DNA of 64,000 nucleotides from Takakia lepidozioides (Eukaryota; Plantae; Bryophyta), in NCBI GenBank assembly GCA_030704615.1, contig CM060731.1, positions 62,496,001 to 62,560,000 of the forward strand. The letters run 5' to 3'. Position numbers and translations under genes: made by a program. The notes under the pieces are model-generated. The model saw only the letters and a list, made by a program, of their open reading frames with translations, was not told the origin of the DNA and searched no databases. This document shows, in pieces, positions 1-12,086 of the stretch (its first letter is position 1; each line of letters opens with the position of its first letter).

Positions 1-830
1 CATATACAACCTTCAACCTTCTCTCAATATCCACTTGTATGTGGCTTTGTACCAAAAGCCTTGGAAGCCCAAATAGCTTTCTTTAGACAATGAATTCTAC
101 TGATTTACAAATTTTGTGTCGGGCAGAGGTTGCAGGGGCAGCTTCATCTTGCCTCCCCACACTTTCTGACCCATCCTCTTTACTTGTCTTTACTTGTCTG
201 ACCTCCTTCAGGGTGATACTAGAACAGTTTGATTTCTTTTTGACAATATATCTAGCTCTATGAGATTCTGTTTCTCCTCTTGGGGATAGTTTTATCCATT
301 TCTAGAGTCACCCCACTTGGGTCTTTTTGTCCCCGTGTACATTTAATATATCTTTGCAACTCTTCCAAACACCATATTGGACAACTTGTTGCAATTGCAC
401 CCTAACTTAATTTGCTCCTCTTCGGTGATTTCAACTCCGTCTCCAAGAGTAGTCGTATGTAGATCATTGTCAATAGGTCGCCTACAAACCAAACTACAAT
501 TCAATATATAAGTTAATACAAACACCTCATTCTCAACAAGAAGGTAATTTCTAACCACCGGATAGCATATCACCTCAAAGCAATATATGCCATACATGAT
601 AATATCCCCCAACGAGTTAACCCCTAAACGCCTACGCCGCCCTCTAGTGGCCCACTGCGGTTCTACATCCACAAGTCATGTGCATTGCATTCTCTACAAA
701 AATTCAGAGCTGTAAAATGCAACATCGGAAAGGAAATTAGCATAAGCACATTGTCTTCTCCGATATTGCACATTGTTTGGATTACGAGAGAGATGAGCAC
801 AAGAAGGTCAATTTGGTGTGGGTTTTCTAC

Positions 831-2115
831 TAGTGTTGCGCGGATATTTGATTCAGCCTCAAACCCCCGGCGGAGCCTAACCCGGATATATATATATGTG
901 GATCTGCCGTAGGTCAGAAAATCAAATATCCGCCTCCGTTAAGAACCGCCAGATATGAAGTGATGGCATAACCGGATCCGGTTGAAAACTGGTGGGTTTG
1001 TATTACTTTTTTATTTGATTTGAACCGGAACTAGTGGTCCAAAAGAAGCATGTTATGAACCCATGTATCCGGCATATAAAATCGGAGGTTATAATCCGGA
1101 TAACAACTGGTTATTGCGTTCACTCGACATAAACGAGGCGGGTCATAGGGCCGTTCCAGACTAGCGACCGGACAAAACGAACTTACACTCTGATTGGTTA
1201 AAAACTGGATTTTGTCCGCCACATGCTTTCAGACTTGGCTTTGTCGAGTGAAGAGGAGTCTCTCCAACGTGCCGAATCATCGTTCCAATTGAGCCACCTC
1301 AGCGGACAAATCAAAGCAAATTTGGGTCCAGGGTAGTAGCAGGCCCCAAATCTTGTCCATTGGACAAAACCTAATGAAGCTTGTTAGCGGGTCTCTTCGC
1401 GCCTCTTTCTCTGTTCCTGTACCTTTTCCAAAGCATCGTGAGCACAATATCTGATCGCGATATCATTTGAGCGTGATATCTTGTCCAGTGGACCCTTTTT
1501 GTCCACTACTTGGTGAAAACGCTATGAAGCTCGCCCCTGGTTCCAGCAACTTCTCGCAACTTTTAATGACATGGCATCTCTGAAGCGGCCGAAACAGTGG
1601 ACAAACATTGTTTTTGAGTGTTTTGTCCGGTCGCTAGTATAGAAGGACCATAGTTGAGGTGGCCCTACCTTCATTTGAAGAGGGGCACGCACATTTACAA
1701 CTTCATGTTTTACGATGCGTTGCCATTTTATGAGATTTGAATGTACACTTGCATGTTTTACATTATTTACATTAGAAAATCTCCTAATAGCACTCTTCTA
1801 TGTTCTATCCTAATAAGTGTAACTATTTTTATTAGTACTTTAATACATTAGATTTTTAAGTTTGGGTTATTTTATTTTATTAAAATAAGCTTGGATTTGT
1901 TTGATAATTGGATACTAAACTGTCGTATGCCATTCTCACATAAACTCCATTTGTCCATAACCGCATAGGGCTAAATTTGTATTTGGTGCGAAACGACATG
2001 ATATCAGAAACGGGAAAGCTCCAAAACCCCATAACCGGAGGATGCGAACACAAAGTTAAAGTTAAACATCTGTAACCGGCTGATATAGAAAAAATCAAAT
2101 AACCGCATAACATTT
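831..2115. mobile_element. Degenerate hAT-like MITE with AACCGG/ATCCGG-rich subterminal regions
   Basis: Imperfect TIR TAGTGTTGCGCGG / CCGCATAACATTT. Similar flanks GGTTTTCTAC / GGTTTCTAC. ACCGG motifs cluster at both ends. Confidence 0.3.
1148..1649. mobile_element. PIF/Harbinger (Tourist-like) MITE
   Basis: ~30-bp TIR starting GGGCC / ending GGACC, with a perfect 19-bp core ACTAGCGACCGGACAAAAC (1160-1178) and its reverse complement (1620-1638). 3-bp TSD ATA. Confidence 0.7.
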
Positions 2116-5100
2116 GGTTTCTACAAGTATTGCGACAAGACTACTACTCAAGTACTTTGCTACTTGATTTTAGCAATGTGCTAGGGTGGCAATGGCAATC
2201 GCCAAGGAATTTGCCAAAATGGTGATAGCCATTTTTACTCAAATTTATTCTAGAGGTAGAATGTGCACCATAATACATATGTAGGTCTCCTCATTCATTC
2301 TTCTGTGAGTTGTGCAATCGTTGGAGGTCCCGCCCGTTCTTTTTTGTCCAGCTTCTTTTCTTCCTCGTTTTTTGGTTGTTTGGTAGCGCGTGGGTGATTC
2401 CCACTCCATCCTCCTGTCTCCATCTTCAAGGCCTGATCTCAATGGTTTGGTTTGTAGAATCATGCTTTCATTTTGTGCTCTCGATCTTCAAGTCAAACAC
2501 CCCAAATCTATGATGAAGGTCATTGAAGTGAGAACAGTTGCATACAACCATAATTTGATAATAATAAGATCAATAACATATAATGACATTGTCTCATTGC
2601 AAAAATACGCAAATTTCATACTTCCACAAAATTGATATACACCCAAAAAAACAAGTCTACGAAGCATGCAACACTTCCAATGTAATTTTAGGAATTTGAC
2701 AAGTTCAGAATAGCTACCTGAGTAAGCATGCACAAATAATTTGTTTTTTAGCTTTAGGACTTAGGCAATTTCGTGGGGGGGTCACTCCTACATTACAATA
2801 TGCTCATTCCAATGGTGGATTGACTTGAGAATTTTTGACAACCTATACGATGTAGTTACTAACAACATTGTAGGGTGATTGCAGCCTATAGTGTCCATTT
2901 TTTGCTGTCCCAGCACTGTTTTTTCCAGACATAGAATAGTGGTAAATTATCATACTCTTACATAACAATGTCATCAATAAAAGGGGACTAATATATAGAG
3001 GCTCATCTACACATACTTTCACACATTTAAATCTCATTATCAAAAACCAGAATCTCTAGATGCTATGGACTTTTAAAAAGTCCATAAGGAATTGTCATAG
3101 TCCATTAAAAAAAGACGTTATGGACTTTTTTAATATAGGAGTCAGGACAAAGTCAAGAAAAGGGACTCTCTCAACCTTGCTTTGGAGATTGAGGAATCTG
3201 GAATGAAAACTATCATTTAAAAATATAAGTTAAGAAAAAATTATGTACTATTTTGAGCCTCTTATTTTCATAAAGTCATTTATGACTAAATTCTTTTGAA
3301 ATAACAAAACTTTTTTCATTAGACACATTCATTCACCATAAATGCAGAGTTGATTTTGATCAAAATATATTTTTTTAAATTATAAATCGATATTATCGTA
3401 ATTTGAAAATCTTGGTTTTAACCGGCAATAATAGACGGTCAAGATTGTCAGTTGAAGCAAATCCGATGGTTGAGGATCTGCCACATCCTCCTTTATGTAC
3501 TCTTTATGTACTCATGATATGCCGTTTTTGGTCCACTCTAGTTTGCAATCACCCTGTACGGTTCATCCACATGGATGAACTTTGGCAACAACATACATCC
3601 GCTCTTGTCAGGCCATGTCAGGTTTTTCTAAAAAATCGCAAAAAAAACTCTCGTCCTTTAGGGGTTAAGAAAGCCCCCAATGTGGAGAAGATCTTCTGAA
3701 AGTAGTGGGATAGCCATCTGATTTTGCCACAACAAAGTACTCGTTGCTATAGAACTTAGCGGCATGTATTTGGTGGGAAGGCAACCCATTTGGCAGGTTG
3801 GCATAGTTAGGCCTCACCAAAGCCCACTTAGTGAAGGTGGCTATTGGCTGGCAAAGGTGCAATCGCGTGGTTTAGCCTGAGCCAAATTTCTCACCCATTT
3901 CCCTTCATGTACAAAAAAGCCCCCAAGAAATTTAAGAATTTGGATCTGAAATTTGGTGAACATGTGCACAACTTCATCCTACATATGCACAACTTCTCAC
4001 TTTCGAGGTCATTTGAAGAAAACTTTCAATGTATGTATTGCCACACAAGTTTGGAGGGGTAATCCCTCCTTGCTTGAGAAACTTGTCTCTCATCAAACAT
4101 TCTAATCTCATAGATGAAACTATGTTCTTGTTTATGCATTGGCTACCCATAGTAGGTGGGTATCCAAGCATACGGTGCAAAAGCCTAGAATTGTCCAAGG
4201 CTCGCACTATGGCTTTGAAGTTGCCTTTGGGTACTATTTTCATCTACATTTTCTAGCTCCCCCCTTGGGCCTTTAGGGGTTAAAGGCAATCATATCTGAC
4301 TTATACTATTTTGTTTTGTTAGGAATGGGAACATTGAATTGTAGATTAATCCCATATGCTAAGAAAAATTGCAATCTTTGAACTATAAAACTTGATTCTG
4401 CCCATTCCTGGGGTTGATCATGCAACGCTACTACAATTAATATAATTATATCGATACTTGGTTGTGAGAACTTGAGTTCAAAGACATTTGATATAATAAT
4501 TCTCTTAATTAAAAATATCAAGGTACAAAACATTAGCTCCCGAATTAGATGGTTCACTACTATATAAACGAGGATAATATATACTATCTTCATTTAAAAA
4601 ATTGTAATTCTAGTTTGAATGAACTAAGATAACAAAGTTTGCACTCGCTATTGAATGGTTTAGGGACTGAAAATACTCAGAATTTTTTCCAAAACCATTA
4701 TTATTTTTTAAACGTTGTTAACTGAAATTATCACTATAATTGTGGAACAATCCAAAGCCTTATAAGTTGAGTTACACACTCATATGCTCACGGTTAAGCA
4801 TCCAAGAAATGGTCCAATGGTTATGGCACAATACTACTTTATAAGTGGTCGTGGTTACACAAGTGTGTGTTGGATATCCCCACCCCACTCCCAGTCACAT
4901 CATCATTGAACAACTACATTGGGTATGTATTGTAGTCATTTCGTCCCCAAATGCACTTACATTGGTCATAGCCACTCAACATCCATATAGTCTCCACTAT
5001 CCCTCCCTAGTTCTTCATACACACTTCATCGCTACCATCAACCTCAATTATTCAAATTATCACTTGGTCGCTTCTTTCTGCACCTATAGCACTAAGAGGC

Positions 5101-5157
5101 CTCTCTATTAGCCATCATTTGTACAAATATACAAATCATACCACTAGAGCACCTTAA

Positions 5158-5970
5158 CCCTTAAGTTCCCAAGCGACCTGAATCAGGTCACTTTGAATTT
5201 GCAGTTCCACCTAATTTTTGGAGATCTAATCTGATGGGGCCCACTCCTGACAAGGGATTTGTCTGGAGTATGATGCAAAAAATAAAATTTAAAAAAAAAA
5301 CAAAAGCTGCGACTTACAAAAAATATCTTAGATCTTTAATTTACGTTTTGGGGCCTGAAAAGGGCTATCGCTGACGTGGCAGGTAAACAAGCCCAAAACA
5401 GATTGCACTCCAAAGGGCATTTTTGGCAAAAAAATTAGCAATTTTGGAAAAAAAACATTTCACCTTGTGGTGTGTGAGCATTACATACACACATCCACCG
5501 TTGGCTTTTAAAAAAATTGTAGAAAAAAAAGTACTTCATTTGGAGGCACATTTTCTGTTGTCAATTTTGAGATTTCAACCCCCATGTAATTGCATGAATA
5601 GCAACCATAGATGAAAAAATCAGTTGGACCTGCAATTTAGTGGGGTCATGGCCACTCCACTATTGATTTGGAAATGGTGGGTCTTGGGGCAAGAAAAATT
5701 GGAGAAAGCTAGGTTTGGATTTGGTCAAACCTATTTCTTTCTCACTTTTTCTTTGGGACCTGATATTTGAGGTCCGGGCCAACGCTATAATCTCACAATT
5801 TCCACGGTGGACTTGGCTCATTTTTTGGTATGTCATGCATAAATGAGCTGGGCCCATTGCTATAAGGCTGGAATCTGTGGATGATTTTTGGTAGGTTTCT
5901 AGGGGCAATTTACTGCAGCTGGGTACCCAAAATTGGTAAAAAGTCCAAAAAGGGCTTGGGAACTTAAGGG
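5158..5970. mobile_element. piggyBac-like non-autonomous DNA transposon (MITE)
   Basis: Perfect 17-bp TIR CCCTTAAGTTCCCAAGC / GCTTGGGAACTTAAGGG. TTAA on both sides (5154-5157, 5971-5974). Confidence 0.85.
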
Positions 5971-6499
5971 TTAATCATTTCATCATTGAAATCCCTCAAT
6001 CATTTCATCGTCATTTCATCCCAATCATTACCTCCTGGTCCGGAAAAGAGGCTGATGGCCATCGCTGATATCTCATAAGACCAAATACACATCCAATATG
6101 GCTCACACACACATATAGAGAGAAGAAACAAGACACCAACCGGGCCAGCGTAACTAAGAGCCGCTTCACCTTTCAACTAGTGCCCCTTGCCCACGCAAAC
6201 ATGTTATATATATATATAACATGACGCCTCCCGAATGAAGCATAAATTATGGTGTCTCTTCGATGAGCAAGCGTAGGCTTGCGGAGGTGGAGCTCCGTTC
6301 TCCCGCCGCTACCTCTGCTAACTCCCTTAACCATGACTTGTCATTTAGTGCTCTGCCATATTTTCAGCTTTCTTGTCTTTTTTAATGCTCTCTTTAGTGA
6401 CTTCGCTGATCTGCCCCCAACTAGCTGTGTATTTGCAACACGAACCTATGCTCCCATAGCGCAAACCAAATCCCAATGTCATCACAGATATTGCAAGTA

Positions 6500-7622
6500 C
6501 ACTACAAGAAAATGAGAGGGGGGGGCGGGGGAAGCCCCAGTTTGGAACGCCCGGGCGTCGCAAGCCCGTCGCAGGGTCGTCGCTGGAATAACGTATGGGT
6601 GCCGCAAGGTGACGCCGGCGCGACTTGCAACCCCCGGGTGTCGTAAGAAAATAAAATTAAAAAAAAATCATTATCTGCGATGCCGCATTAGCGACGTCCA
6701 GGGGTTGCAAAGTGCGGCCCCTAGACGTCGCAGTTTAGGGGGATATATTTGAATTTAGGTGGGAAAATTTAAACTTCATAATTTGAATTTGAATTTGAAA
6801 TTTGAATTTCAAAAACTTGTTGACCATTGATTCCGGTTCTATCCAATGGCAGTACCTGCATTGTTCCACATATATTAGGCAATGCATACTTGAACATTGG
6901 ACCTTCACGTTATAACATTTCTAAGACACTACAACCTAACCAACACATCTACGATACATCTATGTATCACAAAAGCAGTCTAAGTTTATATGTACATATC
7001 AAGAGTTCTTTCAAGTTCCTTCTAAAGGGGTCCATCTTGTGATGTCGGGGAATTGCAATCTCCGCAACTGCCCAGCCCCAACCCCAACCCCAACGTCGTC
7101 GCCGTTGCTACAGCCCCAGCGTCGGCGCCCCAAACGACGTCTTTGTAATATCCTAAGCTGGCTACGACACCATTGCGACCCCCTGGCGTCACAGCATTGG
7201 GTGCCCATGCCGGTGACGCTTTTGTGATGTTGGGAGGTGCAAGGCCCAAAAAAAAAAAAAAAAAATGGCGACACCGCTGCGACCCTCCGGCGTTGCAGCG
7301 TCGGGCGCCTCAGCGATGCTTTTGCGACGTCGGGAGGTCACTACGCCCAAAAAAAAAAAAAAAAAAAAAAAAAACCATTGCGACCCCCCTGCATCGCATT
7401 TTGCGACGGCGGGGGCGTCGCTAGGGACGCCCGACACTGGGGCTGTCGCAACTGTGACGCCACGCGCTTGGGCTGCGACGCCCCAACATCACAAACCTCA
7501 ACGGCTGCGATACTACAGCGTTGCAAGAGGCGGCACGACGCTGCCGTCGCTGGTGCGCGCTCCCGCCCGCACCCATCCACGGCGAGGCGTCACAAACCCC
7601 CCCCCCCCCTCTTGCAGTAGTG
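6500..7622. mobile_element. Non-autonomous CACTA/EnSpm transposon
   Basis: Starts CACTACAAGAA and ends CTTGCAGTAGTG. 3-bp TSD GTA (6497-6499, 7623-7625). Many GCGACG/CGTCGC subterminal repeats in both orientations. Confidence 0.9.
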
Positions 7623-8243
7623 GTAGATCAATTTTTTCAAATCACTCTGCCCTCGAGACCAAAGGGTAAAATTTCTCTTCGATACATTCAGGCCATCAAA
7701 TGAGACTAGCAGTCTCGGCCTTCCGCACCCTTCTCATGATCATTAAACCTGCAATCTTAGTACTTCAGAGGGCTTGGTACAGACCCACCCTCCCTCAAAA
7801 GGGGTCAAAGTTAAAACCTGGCTTGGCCCCTTTCTCCAAACTGACTCGATTATCTTCTTACATGAGCACAAACTCGATCTGTACAAATTAATCAACAATC
7901 TTTTGACCATCTTTGGCCCTTAACCTCTGCCCTCTGGAAACCCACATCAGAAGGCATAAAAAAGAGATATTGCAGTCTTAATCTCTCCCTCTCTCAAACA
8001 AACACAAGGGTCGGGATCCACAAAACTTGTGTACGTTAAAGACTTGTGAAGAATCAAAGGCCAATGGACTAGTGGATGGAATCAATCATTATGTACAACT
8101 TTGTTATAAAACTTGGGAGGATTGAAAGATACCTCTGAGCTTCACCAACAACGGCAAAATTGTCATCACGCCACATCACCTGAAACACTATCCCCAGGTT
8201 GCCAAAGACCAACTTCTAGAGTCCAATGTTGGCTGGAAATATG

Positions 8244-8431
8244 TGTCGTGCGTATACATATCGCTACACAACTACATCGTTGTCCAAAACCACACAACAC
8301 ATGTGCACACCACACACTAGTATACCACTAGTCCACCACTAGTCCAGCCACTAGTCCAACCACTAGGCTACAACTAGTCAGTCACTAAGCTGCCACTATG
8401 CTGCCCACTATGGCAGTCACTAGTCCACACA
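8244..8431 (-). repeat. LTR segment Y2 (terminal copy of the U3-proximal half)
   Basis: Matches 8762-8926 except ~5 transitions and a 23-bp expansion of CCACTAGT repeats. Confidence 0.92.
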
Positions 8432-8432
8432 A

Positions 8433-8926
8433 TGATAAAGAAGAAGAATACAAGCACAAGCTCATGCGAGCTCACAAAGCTGAAGCATAAACTCATGCAT
8501 ATATAACCTCATCATTCAAATACAAGTCAAGCCAAGTGCACCCCACGCCATAGGGAATCCACACTACGGCGCCATAGCTAGGCGCGGTGAGGCTCAACTC
8601 GAGAAAGATGAGTCTCCCGCGCTTGCCGTGAAGATAACCACTCCAGGGCCTAAATCTGCCTTGACCCCTGGATTGACACTTGGGCCAATCCCAAATGTCA
8701 ATATGTAAAAGCTAGCTATTTCCTACCTAGTTTCACACTAGTGGTAAAATAACTTGACAGCTGTCGTGCGCATACATATCGCTACACAACTACATCGCTG
8801 TCCAAAACCACACAACACATGTGTACACCACACACTAGTATACCACTAGTCCAACCACTAGGCTACAACTAGTCAATCACTAGGCTGCCACTATGCTGCC
8901 CACTATGGCAGTCACTAGTCCACACA
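8433..8926 (-). repeat. Complete 3' LTR (Y1-GC-X2), TG...CA in element sense
   Basis: Begins TGTGTGG just after the PPT and ends CTTTATCA. Contains the palindrome GACAGCTGTC at 8756-8765. Confidence 0.88.
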
Positions 8927-8927
8927 A

Positions 8928-8937
8928 TCGCCCCCCT
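8928..8937 (-). promoter_or_regulatory. Polypurine tract
   Basis: Minus strand reads AGGGGGGCGA-T-TGTGTGG at the internal/LTR boundary. Confidence 0.75.
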
Positions 8938-9186
8938 AGCTGGTGCTTAGGTCCCTCTAAGTCCAGGTAGCCACAAGATGTGATAGTGACCATAGCCTCA
9001 CTAAATCCTCCACCACTATCCCTACTACACTCAAACTCGATAGATCAAGAGGCCGGGTGCAAGAGTTGCCCCATCGTTAGTCGCCGTCTTGCAACCTGTG
9101 AACTTGAGCTTGGGATCTCATGTATTGACTCCTATGAGCTTGGCCTCCCATGTCTTGTTAGGTGCCTCCAGTCGTGTCCACTGCCA

Positions 9187-9335
9187 TTATCCCAAGCAGT
9201 GTGGACACAACCAATCTCCGTCAGGAACCTTCTCAAGAGGTGGTGTCAAGCATCTCATATGCCAACCCCTTGAGCATCGATCACACACCAGCATGGTGGC
9301 TGCTCCTTTGACAGACCCATAGAGCATGCACCTCA
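9187..9335 (-). pseudogene. PHD finger at the integrase C-terminus
   Basis: C-M-L-[Y]...MLVCDRCSRGWHMRCLTPPLEKVPDGDWLCPHC, a C4HC3 pattern with the second Cys mutated to Tyr. Same frame as RNaseH and integrase. Confidence 0.9.
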
Positions 9336-10470
9336 AACCTGCAGGTACCACTGCCAAGTTTGGGTCAACTCTGTCATCGACATTGGGAAGGTGACATGGC
9401 ACACAATTACGCACATAGTCCTTCCAAGTCATGCCATCCCGACCCTCCAAGATCAGGACCCCTGAGGGCAACACCTCTCGAACCCTCAGAATAACATGCC
9501 CTGTAGTAACATCCAGAGTCGTAGGAGCAGTCTGCTACAAATAAACATAGTCACCAGGGCTAAACCTCCGAACCCCAGGACGATATCCTCCACCACGTAT
9601 AGTGGCATACCTCAACGTATCACGGTGCTGCGCAATGGCAAGGTTCTCAAAAGCCATGGGCATGACTTTCTTGAACAACTCTGCACGCTGATCACATGCA
9701 CATACCTACACGTCCGGATCGTCAAGGTTAAGGACTTGAGCAGTGTCCCTACGAATGGCTACAGGCAAATCCGGCTCTCGGCCAAAGAGAAGGAAATATG
9801 GTGAGAAGGAGGCAAGTGATGTTTGTTTGCTGAACCTGTAGCCCATGGCTAACCAAGGAACCTGAAGATCCCAATCTCCTAGGTGTCCCTTCTGCAAACC
9901 ATACTTGCGCAAACCCCTCTTCACCGTCTGAACAACTCTCTCTGCCAAGCCATCGGCCTCAGGATGATCCCGAGAAGTGGTGCGGTGGTCTATCAAGGCT
10001 TTATCACACAAATCCTGAAACTCCCCCAAGAACTCTCTCCCTTGGTCCGTGAGTACCTCAGCTGGAGCACCAAATCGGCTAAGCACACGATCCAAGAATG
10101 CATATGCAGCCCCCTCACTAGCCTTGTCAGGCAATGGAACCAACTCAATCTACTTGGAGAAGTGCTCCACCATCACCAACACATATCTGTGGTGGCGCAT
10201 AGTCAGTGGCAACGGTCCTGCGAAGTCAAGACTCCACTTGTAGCCCAATCCCATGATTGGTAAAGGATGCAATTGTGGTGTAGGGGTGTTGAATGAAGCA
10301 CACACCCTGTCACACACCATGCACCTAGCCACGAACTGTTGCACCTCTGTATGCATACCACGCCACTAATATTGCCCCTGCAGTAAACTGTGAGTGCGTC
10401 GCACTCCAAAATGCCCCAACTTCTCATGAGCATGCCGCACTAACCGTGCACGCTGTGTGGGGTGAGGCAC
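9336..10470 (-). pseudogene. DDE integrase (rve) with HHCC zinc finger, interrupted by stops
   Basis: HEKLGHFG...CMVC; WSLDFAGPLP; VLTDQGREF; HPEADGLAERVVQTVK; FSPYFLLFGREP. Confidence 0.93.
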
Positions 10471-11700
10471 AATCCTCACCCGACCATCCTCCCACACTCG
10501 AAGTAGGTGTATCCTCTCCCACTTGAACCTCTTGGCTCGTTGCAGGATCCGATCCCTCTCCCTGGCAGTCATAGTGGTTGTCGTGTCTCTCGTGTGGAGG
10601 TAGTCCAACACAGCCGAATCCTCATGTATATCTATAGCACCACCTGGCTCATCACTAGCCTCAGGGTCCTCAGACACTCCGTCTACAGTCATCCCTGTTG
10701 TAGGTCCAACCTGACCTCCCGATGCCAAGATACACAAAAATGCAGATGCGTGCCATCCCGGCACCATCTCCTCGTCCGTCTCACCATGCCACCGAGCTCC
10801 AGTGTCATCCTGCTGGCTCATGCATGGATTGCGACTCAATCCATCCGCATCCCGATTGACCAAACCCGGTCGATGCACAACCTGAAAGTCACACTCCTGG
10901 AGTATGAGTGCCCACCGTGCAAGCTTCCCCGTAAGCTTGTCTGACTCCATCAACCACTTGAGTGGCTGGTGATCTGTGACAAGGGTGAAAAGATTGTCGT
11001 ATAGATAGCACCTGAAGTGTGCCACGGCCCACACTGCAGCTAAGCACTCTCCCTCATATGAGCTGTACTTAGCCTCTGCAGCGTTGTTGGAGCGGCTAGC
11101 ATAAGCTACTACGAACTCTCTTCCCTCATCATCCACCTGTGTGAGCACCGCTCCAAGCCCCAACATGCTCCAATCCGTATGCAGCTGAAAAGGACGCCCC
11201 CTGATAGGTCGTCTCAGGATAGGCGTCGAGATCAACCTCGCCTTGAGCTCTTGAAAAGCTCGTTCCTGCTCATCTTCCCACTGCCACTCCTGGTCTACCT
11301 TGGTCAGCTTGGTTAGAGCCTTTGCAATGGTACTAAATCCCTTGACAAACCGTCTATAATAGTTTGCCAACCCCATGAAAGCTCGAACTCGGCTCACATC
11401 CGTGGGGCGTGGAATTTGTGCAATGGCCTCTTGTGGCTAAAGCATACTCTCCACTAGAGAGCTCCACCAAACCTGCCTCCCAGAGATCTTGAGTCCTCAT
11501 CTGAATCAAAAACCTCTCCATGTCACTGTATCTATAGGGTCTCCGAAAGATTGGCGTGTCAGTGGCCAACTCAATACGGCTCTCTTGACCCTTCAGTGCT
11601 CCCAAGTCCTTCAAACTGAAGGCAAAGCAATTCCTGTAAGCCCTCAGGAACCACTGTATACGTCGTCTCTCTCCTCCGGTGACAATGGGTCCAATGTCAG
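10471..11700 (-). pseudogene. RT remnant (catalytic core deleted) plus RT thumb/connection and RNase H
   Basis: RT N-terminus PIFRRPYRYS...GLVELSSGEYA is joined directly (~11432) to AIAQIPRPTD-VRAFMGLANYYRRFV. No YxDD. RNase H motifs LHTDWS, VVAYASR, YEGECLAAVWA, LVTDHQPL, DADGLSR. Confidence 0.9.
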
Positions 11701-12086
11701 GCTCCCAATTGTCCTCCATAAACTGCAACCTTAAGTCCAGTGGGCTTAGAGGTAGAGGACGCGTCCAGTGGTTGCTATGTTGCAACCTCTTGAGCAATAC
11801 TCCCTACCTGCTCAGTCAGTGACAAGGCCTCATCCTGCCCCATCATCTCATCCTCAAGGACTTCCTCCACCCGAGAAAAATCCCCAACCTCATCTTTCAC
11901 CGCCACCTTGGCTGCCAACTCCCTTTGAACCTCGAGCACCTCCCACGTGTGCCATGGATGCCTGCACCCCATGGTCCTCACATGCTCGCCCCCACTCACT
12001 GCCTGTACCGTCTCGGTAGGCAGAGAGACCATCGAGGGAAGTGTACTCCGCACTCTACGTCGCTCAGCCATAGCCAAGCTGATAAT

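Larger units (their letters stand above)
621..4279. mobile_element. Possible old piggyBac-like non-autonomous element with nested MITEs
   Basis: TTAA|CCCCTAAACGCC at 617-632 and GGCCTTTAGGGG|TTAA at 4268-4283 (11/12 inverted match). A second right-type end CCTTTAGGGG|TTAA at 3655-3668 makes the pairing ambiguous. No transposase ORF. Confidence 0.4.

Noticed and set aside
3064-3086. Palindrome TATGGACTTTT-A-AAAAGTCCATA
   Set aside because: Isolated and probably part of a decayed MITE; boundaries could not be defined.
7011-7703. Cluster of GC-rich ORFs with poly-K/poly-F
   Set aside because: By-products of CACTA subterminal repeats and poly-A runs.
8244-8759. Independent solo LTR next to another element
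   Set aside because: It has no TSD of its own (flanks are TATG and GCTG). One TSD pair encloses the whole 11 kb, and the PPT/PBS positions define Y-GC-X as the LTR.
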